A model generated the notes under the pieces. The model was not told the origin of the DNA. It searched no databases and saw only the letters and a program-made list of their open reading frames with translations. The translations under genes and the position numbers were made by a program. From the IMG/VR virus record IMGVR_UViG_3300032144_000015, positions 1 through 50,919 of that record: 50,919 bases of DNA. One strand, given 5' to 3'. Positions 41,576 to 49,515 of this stretch are shown here, in pieces. This stretch comes from a virus. How positions within the stretch are numbered: the first letter of the stretch is position 1; every line of letters begins with the position of its first letter.

Positions 41576-43333
41576 TTAGTTCCTCGGCCCAGTGGACTGT
41601 CCACGTGGCGGTTTCTGTGAAGCTTTAAGCCCTGGCACTGGAGCGTCGATCTTAATGTTAACTTCGGGCGTTACGCCGTGGCGATTCACTTCAGCATAAT
41701 TGGAACCGAGAAGGTTATTCAGCTTAATGATCGCGTTAAGCAGTCCTTCGGTCGCAGCCCCACCAATATCGCCGCCGTATTTTTGCGCCAGTTCTGCTGT
41801 TTCCTGGGCCGAAGGACCGGTTGGAACGCCTTGGGATTGGAGGTAACCAACCCCTTCACGCGCTGCGACACCGACGCCCAAAGCGATACCGGCAGCGCCG
41901 AGCACTTTCCCTGCAGTGCCGCCCCCTCCTCCTCCGCCCCCGAAACCGCCGCCGATCTCGGCTGCGTTAACGACGTAGACGGGCTGCACGTCCTCGCCCG
42001 TTATAGCCGAGGCTGCTGCACCTTTAGCCGCAGTTCCGACGATACCTTTACCAAGACCGCGTGCGCCAAATCCGGCCAGAACTGCTGCAAGAATTCCTGC
42101 TCCTCCAGCAACTGCGCCTGCGCCCAGATCGGACTCGGAAGCGCCGGACAGCATTCCCGTGAGGCCCTGAGTAATTGGCTCAAGAAATCCGCTGAAGGTG
42201 GCTTTAACGCGGTTGAGGTTGGCGTTAAAGGCTTCGCCAAGTCCCATGCTGGAGCGATAGCTTTCGGCGAGAGAACCGGTGGACTTTTTGATTTTGTCCT
42301 GGGCGAGGGCGACCTGATCGAGCGATTCTGCAAGGCGTACAAAGCCTTCAGCAACTTCCGGCGTAAGGCCAAGCGTTTCGGCTGATAGCCGCTTATCTCC
42401 TGGTATCCGTCCGAAAATTTGCTGAGAAAATGCCTTGAATTTTTCAATATCAATCCCTTCGTTTGTAAAGACACCTTTGCCGCCCTGCTGCTCAAAAGCC
42501 CTCCGCATTACGTCCGACTTACCAAGGTATTCTTCCAAAAACTTGATAGCGCCAGGTCCACCGACAGCCTGCGCTGCAGCGAGGTTTGCCAGGCCAGTGC
42601 TCGAGATAGATTTTCTAAGGTCATCAGGCATTTTCTCAAACAGCGATTCCATGCTCGAAAGGATCGCGCTCGGCGCCTGTCCGGTCTGGATCGCGACGCG
42701 CCGGACCGATTCGGCCAGTTCCCGCAGTTCGTTCAGGTTCTCGACGTTTCCGCCCTTGGCCCTGATCACGTTCGCAAGGCCGCCAGCGATATCGCCCTCG
42801 CGGCCTTTCTCGCCCCCAATCGAGGCGAGCATGCCGGCTGTCTTGGAATATTCGAGCACGCCCTGCTGGCTTCGGACCGGGGTTTTCGCGAGCGCCTGGA
42901 GGGTTTTAACGGCTACGTCCGAGCTAAGGCCGATTTCGCCAAGGCCCTGCGTCAGATACTGCTGAAAGGAAGCGAAGTTTTTCTCGGTCATGCCGAACGT
43001 GGCGCCGAGTTTTCTGATCGCGTCAGACAGCTGGATCGTTTCGCTGATCGTGTTCTTAAATTGGTTGGAAATCTTTAGAGCGCCCTGGAGGGATTCGAGG
43101 GAAATGAGGGTTCGAAAGTCCCGGCGCAGCTGATCAGCCGTCCGGGCGCCCATACTCCGCAAAGATTCGAAGAACGTTTCGCTTTGCTTTCTGTTCTTAC
43201 CCAGTTCCTTGGCAGTTTCGCCAGAACCTTTTCGCAAGGCCTCCTGAACCTCGGAAGCTTTCTTCTTAAGCGCCTCGAGGTCGGACAGGATATTATTCAG
43301 ATTTCCCGTAACCTTTATCTCAGCGCCAGCCAT
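41576..43333 (-). CDS. Tail tape measure protein
   Basis: 585 aa, helical N-terminal two thirds, with Gly/Ala-rich hydrophobic segments (GAGAVAGGAGILAAVLAGFGARGLGKG; GGGFGGGGGGGGTAG). Located after the chaperone genes. Confidence 0.8.
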   Translation of the reverse strand: MAGAEIKVTGNLNNILSDLEALKKKASEVQEALRKGSGETAKELGKNRKQSETFFESLRSMGARTADQLRRDFRTLISLESLQGALKISNQFKNTISETIQLSDAIRKLGATFGMTEKNFASFQQYLTQGLGEIGLSSDVAVKTLQALAKTPVRSQQGVLEYSKTAGMLASIGGEKGREGDIAGGLANVIRAKGGNVENLNELRELAESVRRVAIQTGQAPSAILSSMESLFEKMPDDLRKSISSTGLANLAAAQAVGGPGAIKFLEEYLGKSDVMRRAFEQQGGKGVFTNEGIDIEKFKAFSQQIFGRIPGDKRLSAETLGLTPEVAEGFVRLAESLDQVALAQDKIKKSTGSLAESYRSSMGLGEAFNANLNRVKATFSGFLEPITQGLTGMLSGASESDLGAGAVAGGAGILAAVLAGFGARGLGKGIVGTAAKGAAASAITGEDVQPVYVVNAAEIGGGFGGGGGGGGTAGKVLGAAGIALGVGVAAREGVGYLQSQGVPTGPSAQETAELAQKYGGDIGGAATEGLLNAIIKLNNLLGSNYAEVNRHGVTPEVNIKIDAPVPGLKASQKPPRGQSTGPRN

Positions 43334-43334
43334 G

Positions 43335-43924
43335 CTATCTCCTGGGTTCCGTCCACGTTATCTTACCAGCCGCTATGGAGTGCACCAGCCACCAGGTCAA
43401 CTGTCCCTTTGTAAGTAGTCCACTGTTATGCAGGTCAATAGATCCCTGGCTTGCCAGAAAGATAACAAAGTCAGTTCGTCCCTTAGATCCTTCGGCGGAG
43501 TTTTTTTTAGTGCCGAGACCATGTCGTCGATCTGCTTTCTCGAAAGGTTATCGACAGACGGATCGCACTTATCACAGATCGACTGATACTCCTTCATGAA
43601 TGCGATAAGCTCGGCATTTGTGAACTGATTCAGCGTCAGTTCCGTCAGCTGCGGATCGTACTTTCCAGGCGACGAGGTCGAGGCCATTTCCAGGACTATC
43701 TTGGCTTTCATGGCCGATTCATTAATCTGGATCTTATAGGCCTGATCCTTGGATTTCATGGCCTGGGCGACACGCGCCTCGACCTCGATCTCCTCGCCTA
43801 TCGATAGGGGACGCAGGAAAACTTCGAAGTTTCTGAATTCAATGGGCCAGCGCCATTGCGTGCCCATTCGCATGCGTTTGAGGATCTCGTTTTTATCGTC
43901 GTAGCCGATGTGATCTGCTTCCAT
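43335..43924 (-). CDS. Predicted -1 frameshift product of the tail assembly chaperone
   Basis: Slippage at cta-aaa-aaa-act (A8; plus-strand T8 at 43501-43508) opens a stop-free 55-codon -1 frame. It ends at TAG 43337-43335, 1 nt before the tape-measure ATG, and fills the 63-nt gap. Confidence 0.45.
43397..43924 (-). CDS. Tail assembly chaperone (zero-frame product)
   Basis: 175 aa, between the tube and tape measure genes. Contains an A8 slippery tract. Confidence 0.6.
   Translation of the reverse strand: MEADHIGYDDKNEILKRMRMGTQWRWPIEFRNFEVFLRPLSIGEEIEVEARVAQAMKSKDQAYKIQINESAMKAKIVLEMASTSSPGKYDPQLTELTLNQFTNAELIAFMKEYQSICDKCDPSVDNLSRKQIDDMVSALKKTPPKDLRDELTLLSFWQARDLLTCITVDYLQRDS
43501..43508 (-). 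other. Slippery A8 tract (A AAA AAA) for programmed -1 ribosomal frameshifting
   Basis: Read directly from the sequence. It lies 34 codons before the zero-frame stop. Confidence 0.5.
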
Positions 43925-43936
43925 TATGCTGTTACC

Positions 43937-44353
43937 TTATAGACTGATATCAAACAGTGCACTGTTACCGACGGCGTCCGTCAGCTTCAGCGCTCCGAAA
44001 TTGAATGTCGACTTCACTTCGTCACCGATACCGCCGGCGTTATCCTCGGCGTCCTTCAGATAGACACCGGTGGCGATAAAGATTTCGGCCCCACAAACCC
44101 ATGTGATCTGAACGTCGGCCAGTTCATAGTCGATCGCCTCGAGCTTGGGACGCGCGAGCGTGTTCTCGTTGGCGATCTGTGCTGTAATGTCGACGTCCGT
44201 GTTTCCTTGCACAAAACCGCGGTTCCAGCGATCTGGCGTCATGCTCGGCACCGATCTGGAGTTAAGGTTCTGCTTCAGCGAGGCGCTTTGAATGTTAACG
44301 AGCTGCGCGCCGTTGACACTCAGGAACGCGCGATCTGCATACTTGGTGGCCAT
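43937..44353 (-). CDS. Tail tube protein
   Basis: 138 aa, beta-rich, immediately downstream of the sheath gene. Confidence 0.7.
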   Translation of the reverse strand: MATKYADRAFLSVNGAQLVNIQSASLKQNLNSRSVPSMTPDRWNRGFVQGNTDVDITAQIANENTLARPKLEAIDYELADVQITWVCGAEIFIATGVYLKDAEDNAGGIGDEVKSTFNFGALKLTDAVGNSALFDISL

Positions 44354-44384
44354 GGGAATGATCCTTTCTGCGTTTTACCGCGCG

Positions 44385-45578
44385 TTATATGACAAGAGTA
44401 TCGAACATTGTGGTCGCTTCGATATTTCCAGCGATCACATGGAGGCCTGGAATCACGTTAACCGGTGTCTTGAAATCAAAGCGGCTGCGATCGGAGGCGT
44501 TCCGCTCGACCTGGAAAAACTTCGCCAGTTCATTTACGAACTGAAACATATTTTGTGTTTCGAACTGCTGGGCCAGCCTGATCAGCTCGCCCTTGAGCTG
44601 CACGGCTGCACTCTGCGAGGCCTTTCGCCGTTTCCACGTCGGCTGGCTGAATGTCGTCCACAGAGTTTTTCTGAAGAAATAAAGAACCTGAAAGTCCTGG
44701 ACGTCATAATACGCGCCAACGACCGGGGCCCCGGTTCCGTCCGCACTGATCCGCCCGGTGACGGACCGCACAAAGGCGACCTCGCCGTTCGGCTTCGTTC
44801 GCAGAGGCGTCCAGCCCTGCTGCAGGGCCGCCTCGCTTTCCAGGCCTGCGCCCACTGTGATCCAGTCATCGGTTTTCTTCGGCGTTGGAACGCTGCCGAG
44901 CGTGAGATCGTTTACGGGGTTGAATGGGATTCCGTTCCCTGCGAGACGTGCTGCAGCTGCGGCTGCGACTTCGGCCACGGTGTAGGTGCTAAGGTCGGGC
45001 CCGGTGCCGGTATCTCTAAACCAGATACCGATCAGAAACTGGGTATCGAACATGAATAGCGCGGAGGGCGATTGGACGGCCATGTTCGCGCCTAGGCCGA
45101 AGGTGCCAAATTGGTTGTTATCCGTTCGCTGCGCCCCAGACATGCTGAGAGCCATGGTTTTCAGAATATCCCTGCTCGCGGTATCGGCGTCCAGATCGTA
45201 GGGGCTGACCACAAACTCAGCCTTAACGGCCATGATCGCATTCTGCGCAGGAACCGGAATACTCGTTTCCCCCGAATCGAGCGGGCAGACTTTCAGGGCG
45301 GGAAGCGTCGACTGTCCGGCGTTGGCCTTGACCGCGGCGATGACCATCCGTGCCGCTTCGGAACCGGCGCCGAATTTCGTCTCGGCTTCGGCCGAGGCTG
45401 CCGCGAGATCTCCTGAGTTATCGATTTTAATGATCGTGTTCAGGCCTGTCGCCCCAGACGCTGCGTGCCCGATCAGCAGAACCTCCTGCGAATCGCTGGG
45501 CAGTCCTGTCTCAGCGGCGAAGGTAATCTCGATAGGCCGCCCGGGCGTTTTCTGCTGTCCTATGCTCGTCAATGCCAT
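44385..45578 (-). CDS. Contractile tail sheath protein
   Basis: 397 aa. Its position upstream of the tube and chaperone genes and its size fit Mu gpL-like sheaths. Confidence 0.75.
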   Translation of the reverse strand: MALTSIGQQKTPGRPIEITFAAETGLPSDSQEVLLIGHAASGATGLNTIIKIDNSGDLAAASAEAETKFGAGSEAARMVIAAVKANAGQSTLPALKVCPLDSGETSIPVPAQNAIMAVKAEFVVSPYDLDADTASRDILKTMALSMSGAQRTDNNQFGTFGLGANMAVQSPSALFMFDTQFLIGIWFRDTGTGPDLSTYTVAEVAAAAAARLAGNGIPFNPVNDLTLGSVPTPKKTDDWITVGAGLESEAALQQGWTPLRTKPNGEVAFVRSVTGRISADGTGAPVVGAYYDVQDFQVLYFFRKTLWTTFSQPTWKRRKASQSAAVQLKGELIRLAQQFETQNMFQFVNELAKFFQVERNASDRSRFDFKTPVNVIPGLHVIAGNIEATTMFDTLVI

Positions 45579-45604
45579 GCGTATTCCCCTTCCGTGAGAA
45601 ATAT

Positions 45605-46300
45605 TTATTCGTCTGGGTTGGTTGATTGCTGGATTCCGACCGTTACATCGACGGCGTCTGGATCCTCGCTCCTTAGTCCTTCGATCACGCCGACGAGCAG
45701 CCGCAGATCCTTCAGCGTCCGCTGGAACGGTTCGTCCTTGGTTCTGTTATCGCTTTCGAGATAGCGGGCCCACGCAGCCAGATCAATCCGAAAGCCGACC
45801 TTCAGCCGCGTGAACGGGTATGCGTCATCCTCGCCGTATGAGAAAAATTTACTCATGTCGACGTCGAGGCGCTTTCCGAATTCATTGAGGCCAGGGACCT
45901 TGGCACAGAGGGCCTCGAAAAACTTTGGCGATGACAGCTGCTGCTCGAGAGCCGAGGCGATGGTCATCGGTATCTGCTGCAGCTCGGTCCGGCGTATGCT
46001 CGCCGGCCAGATAATGTCGATCTGAAGGTCGCCGTTGTTATACCAGGTCTCAAAATTTCTGCCCCACTTGTCACAGTAGACACGCATGGACGGGAAGTTT
46101 CGGGCGCTGTAGTCCATTCGCATGTAAGGATCGATATTATCGCCGAACAGCTTCAGCCAGAGGGGCTGCGCTTTCAGGAGGTCGCAGAATGTTCTGATCA
46201 GAAACTCCTGGGGGCCTGTCAGGAATAGATCGGTCTCGACTCCTTCGATGGTCGAGGCGTGTTCGGCCGGCTGATAGTTGAGGTTATCAAGCCTTTCCAC
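45605..46300 (-). CDS. Head-tail joining / tail terminator-region protein (unknown family)
   Basis: 231 aa, between the gpG-like and sheath genes. Confidence 0.5.
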   Translation of the reverse strand: MERLDNLNYQPAEHASTIEGVETDLFLTGPQEFLIRTFCDLLKAQPLWLKLFGDNIDPYMRMDYSARNFPSMRVYCDKWGRNFETWYNNGDLQIDIIWPASIRRTELQQIPMTIASALEQQLSSPKFFEALCAKVPGLNEFGKRLDVDMSKFFSYGEDDAYPFTRLKVGFRIDLAAWARYLESDNRTKDEPFQRTLKDLRLLVGVIEGLRSEDPDAVDVTVGIQQSTNPDE

Positions 46301-46916
46301 GTTTCATGATCTCCACTAGTTTTACCGACAGTGCTTCGTTCAGTTCCGAGGCGTCCTGCTCGTTCCAGTCAGTGAAATTTCTGGCAGGGATTCGGACGAA
46401 TTTTCTAAAGATGACTTTCTGTTTTTTCATGACGCCGTCTGCGGCTTCATACGAAACCGTCTTAGCCGTTTTCCTAAGCGCCTTGGCGTAATCCGTTGCG
46501 TTTTTTCCCGCTGGCAGTGGGATTTTCAGCGCCTTGGCATTTTTCGGACGCAAAACCCCGCCCGGCATTTTTGTGGTTCCGTCGTTCATCATGGAGGCGT
46601 AGATCAGCTGCGAACCGACGATAATCACATCCGAGGAAAAACGGACATACCCTTCAGGGCCCGGGGTTCCGGTTGGGTTCGCTGGGGCGATCGACTTTCG
46701 AAGAACTCCGCGATCGGACAGGGCCTGGCCGACGCGGAGTCGCAAAGGAGCCCACTTGTCATGGCCATTAAACTGGCCCTCCTGATCGAACAGCATGCCG
46801 CGATTGGTCTGGATCTGGGCAGCGATGAATAGATTGATTTCCTCCTCGGCCGCCTTGAATACGCCGTAAAGGTCGGGAAATTTGAAATCAATCTCAGCAC
46901 TCATAGATTCCACCAC
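46287..46916 (-). CDS. Virion morphogenesis / tail completion protein (Mu gpG-like)
   Basis: 209 aa. The patterns KWAPLRLRVGQALSDRGVLRKSI and IIVGSQLIYASMMNDGT resemble the virion-morphogenesis family. Confidence 0.55.
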   Translation of the reverse strand: MVESMSAEIDFKFPDLYGVFKAAEEEINLFIAAQIQTNRGMLFDQEGQFNGHDKWAPLRLRVGQALSDRGVLRKSIAPANPTGTPGPEGYVRFSSDVIIVGSQLIYASMMNDGTTKMPGGVLRPKNAKALKIPLPAGKNATDYAKALRKTAKTVSYEAADGVMKKQKVIFRKFVRIPARNFTDWNEQDASELNEALSVKLVEIMKRGKA

Positions 46917-47488
46917 TGATCATGCGTCGGCAGTTCCCCATACAAAAATGTCTTGCTTGGATCATTAACCCGGCGCGAGGGAAAGCTATCGGAATCTCCA
47001 CTGGGACCGATGACGAGGACTTCGCCGACGAAACCGCTGTCGCCCTGGGCGTTCCCCCACATCAACTTGAGACCTGGCAGGGGCGGATATTTCCAGCCAT
47101 TGCCGTATTCGCCGCCACGATATTCCATGGTCTGTTTGATAATGCGGTCATAGCGTTTTTCGAGCGTCTCATAGTATTTTTCAGCACCTGCGACAGTCCC
47201 GCGCCCGAAATCTGTGTCGAGGATTTTCATAACGCCTTGCAATTCGCATAAGGCCTTTATAAGTAACTTCGTAGGAGTAGGAAGCGTAGAGAACGCTTCA
47301 CCGTTTAAGCCTTGAAATGGCGCTTCATACCGGGGGCTGAGGTCCAACTCGACCTGGACCTCGCCTTCATTTATCAGGGCGTTCGCTAGATCGACGTGCA
47401 TTTTATTTTCATCCAGTTCACTCGTGGTGTATTTCACCTTGCCGAGCGTTCGGACGCGGATTTCTTCGTATGAAATGTAGCGACCCAT
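46901..47488 (-). CDS. Head-tail adaptor, DUF1320 (Mu gp36)-like
   Basis: The N-terminus (RYISYEEIRVRTLGKV...LANALINEGEVQVELDLSPRYEAPF) fits the DUF1320 pattern (Y.t.edi......d...l..ai..a...id..L..RY..P). Confidence 0.55.
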   Translation of the reverse strand: MGRYISYEEIRVRTLGKVKYTTSELDENKMHVDLANALINEGEVQVELDLSPRYEAPFQGLNGEAFSTLPTPTKLLIKALCELQGVMKILDTDFGRGTVAGAEKYYETLEKRYDRIIKQTMEYRGGEYGNGWKYPPLPGLKLMWGNAQGDSGFVGEVLVIGPSGDSDSFPSRRVNDPSKTFLYGELPTHDQWWNL

Positions 47489-47510
47489 TGTAAGCCCTTT
47501 TACATTTTTT

Positions 47511-47792
47511 TTAGACGAGCATGGCCCGGCGAATCACTGGACGATCACGCAGCGCTGATTCCTCGGTCCATTCGCCCCCCTGGCCAAGATAGGTTTCGAT
47601 TGGCAGACAGAAATCGTGCGCGAGTTTTTCAGGTACTTCGGCCGTGTCGCCTGCTACGAGCAGCGTGTCGCGATCGATCTGACAATCGCGAAGCGCCTTA
47701 ATTTTAACCATCTTGGTTTTAGGTGCCTCGGGGGCGACCATCCGTGCGATATCTGAGCTGGGTTTTTTTTCTTCGGCTTTTGGTTCGTTCAT
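47511..47792 (-). CDS. Hypothetical head-module protein
   Basis: Start re-picked to ATG 47792 (GAGG 6 nt upstream), downstream of the post-capsid hairpin. 93 aa. Confidence 0.5.
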   Translation of the reverse strand: MNEPKAEEKKPSSDIARMVAPEAPKTKMVKIKALRDCQIDRDTLLVAGDTAEVPEKLAHDFCLPIETYLGQGGEWTEESALRDRPVIRRAMLV

Positions 47793-47810
47793 CGTGGCCT
47801 CGTTTTTCAT

Positions 47811-47851
47811 TTTCAAAATTGGGAATCGGCACGGTTTTCGCACCGATTCCC
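47811..47851 (-). terminator. Hairpin/attenuator after the major capsid gene
   Basis: 9-bp stem gggaatcgg (47821-47829) / ccgattccc (47843-47851). On the minus strand it is followed by AAUUUUG. Confidence 0.45.
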
Positions 47852-47930
47852 GGTGGTAACAACTGTAACTAAGCTTCCTAAAAACAGATCACATCGCCTG
47901 TTGGCCCCGTGCAGGGGGCCGCAGGTCGTA

Positions 47931-49013
47931 TTATGCGACGACTTTCGCAGTCAGAACGTCGAACGCCCGATCGAGTTTCGGGCCACCGTAAACGCCGGCC
48001 GTGATATCGACGAAGGGGTTCTTCGGACCGCCGCGGGTTCCAGGTGCAATGCACTCCTCGACGACGAGGAATTTCCCGACGCCCGGGGTTTCGATCGTTC
48101 CCGACGAAAGGTTAAGCCCCATCACAAACTCGCCGATTCCGTCGTTATCGGGCAGCTTGGTCTCGAAGTACAAAAATCCGTCGGGAATGAAGAAAATCGC
48201 GTCCCCCACGGTAATCTTGTTATTCACGATGGTCTCATTCTGATACCAGCCGCGGTAAACAGTGACGGGCGGGATTCCGGGAATCAGAAAACCGAGCACG
48301 ACGTTAATGTCGTACTTGTCGATATTCGGATTTGCGCCATAGCTGGACAGCCATTGCCGGGTGTTTGGATTATCCAGGATCCAGCGGGCCGTATTCGCGT
48401 TCATACATATGCCCGTGGGAACGTACTTTCTATAAGGCGCATAGCCGCCCATAAGCCAGTAGCGGAGGTCCACGATCGGATCGGCCGCGGGGTTCGCCGT
48501 GGTTCCGTTCAGTGACCAAAGGGCGCCGATAGGGACGGCGCGGTTGGCTGACGGAATCCCAAAACTCAGGGTTTTTCCAAGGTATGAGATTCCGCCATTA
48601 AAGATGGTCTGCCAGCGGAGCAGCTCGATACGCGCCTCGAGGCGCCGATTCAGCTGCTTAATGGACTTGTCCATGTAGTCGGTAATGCCTCTGCGAGACG
48701 GATCGTTTTTCCCCAGTTCCCGAAGAAACAGGATTTTCTCCTCGTCATAGAGGATCGTTTCCTTATAGGCAGGAGGCAGATACTCCTGCACGCGCCAGCC
48801 GAAGGACTGGATGTATTTCGGATCGGTTCCGATCACGTGCTCATTCGTCAGCCCGCCCGTGGCCTCGATGACTTCAGTCCGGATTTTACGCGCAGGGACG
48901 GTGACGGACGGCAGGTATTTACTGCCGAGATAGGTGTCGGGATCGTTCACGACCTCCTGCACGATTTTCTGATTTACCGCGGTGTATTCGTCCGTGAAAA
49001 ACTCGTTAGCCAT
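47931..49013 (-). CDS. Major capsid protein
   Basis: 360 aa with TAGGAG RBS. Follows the decoration and protease-scaffold genes, a lambda E/D-like arrangement. The antisense 220-aa ORF has shadow-like composition. Confidence 0.8.
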   Translation of the reverse strand: MANEFFTDEYTAVNQKIVQEVVNDPDTYLGSKYLPSVTVPARKIRTEVIEATGGLTNEHVIGTDPKYIQSFGWRVQEYLPPAYKETILYDEEKILFLRELGKNDPSRRGITDYMDKSIKQLNRRLEARIELLRWQTIFNGGISYLGKTLSFGIPSANRAVPIGALWSLNGTTANPAADPIVDLRYWLMGGYAPYRKYVPTGICMNANTARWILDNPNTRQWLSSYGANPNIDKYDINVVLGFLIPGIPPVTVYRGWYQNETIVNNKITVGDAIFFIPDGFLYFETKLPDNDGIGEFVMGLNLSSGTIETPGVGKFLVVEECIAPGTRGGPKNPFVDITAGVYGGPKLDRAFDVLTAKVVA

Positions 49014-49062
49014 TTCAGAAAACTCCTAATGAGGGTTGATTGAATGAAAAAGCCAACGGCTT

Positions 49063-49473
49063 TTAGAATTTAATGAGTGACGTTCCACTGGCGTCGATAA
49101 TCTCTGTGCCTTTGAGTGCTGTAAGGGCGGCTGCGTCATAGCCTGTCAGCCGATCCTTATAGACTGTGCAGCCGCCGAAAATACCCTGGGACACCGTCGA
49201 GGAGGTCGCTGCCGTTCCGTCGAAGTCTTCGGGCTTTCTGCCGGTCCACAGAATACATGCTGCGGTTCCAGTTCCCGAAGCGCCCCCGCTCGCATAAGCC
49301 TGATAGAGGCCGTCGGTCGTATTCCGCGCCAGCACAGTGCCCGAAGGATATCCGCCGGCCTGCCAGCGCAGACGAACGCCGAGCAGAATCGCCGACGCGC
49401 GATTCGAAGCGATGACGAGCGGCTGATCGTAACGAGTGATCTCACCTTTAAAACCTGCGTCGATGTTTCCCAT
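49063..49473 (-). CDS. Head decoration protein (lambda gpD-like)
   Basis: 136 aa. The pattern YDQPLVIA...GYPSGTVLARNTTDGLYQAY...GTGTAACILW...GIFGGCTVYKDRLTGYD, and its position just upstream of the capsid gene, are typical. Confidence 0.6.
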   Translation of the reverse strand: MGNIDAGFKGEITRYDQPLVIASNRASAILLGVRLRWQAGGYPSGTVLARNTTDGLYQAYASGGASGTGTAACILWTGRKPEDFDGTAATSSTVSQGIFGGCTVYKDRLTGYDAAALTALKGTEIIDASGTSLIKF

Positions 49474-49515
49474 AATACACCTTCCTTGGTTGGTTAAAGC
49501 CTTGCTTGATAAGGG

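Noticed and set aside
41678-43078. Plus-strand ORFs (235, 219 and 176 aa) antisense to the tape measure gene
   Set aside because: These are shadow ORFs inside a long GC-biased gene. They have no RBS, and the tape measure assignment explains the region.
44292-45597. Plus-strand ORFs (255 aa and several of 70-120 aa) antisense to the tube and sheath genes
   Set aside because: Their composition is shadow-frame, and they run opposite to the tightly coupled tail operon.
47853-48515. 220-aa plus-strand ORF antisense to the major capsid gene
   Set aside because: It is an Arg/Val/Gly-rich shadow frame. The capsid gene on the minus strand has a TAGGAG RBS and the expected neighbours.
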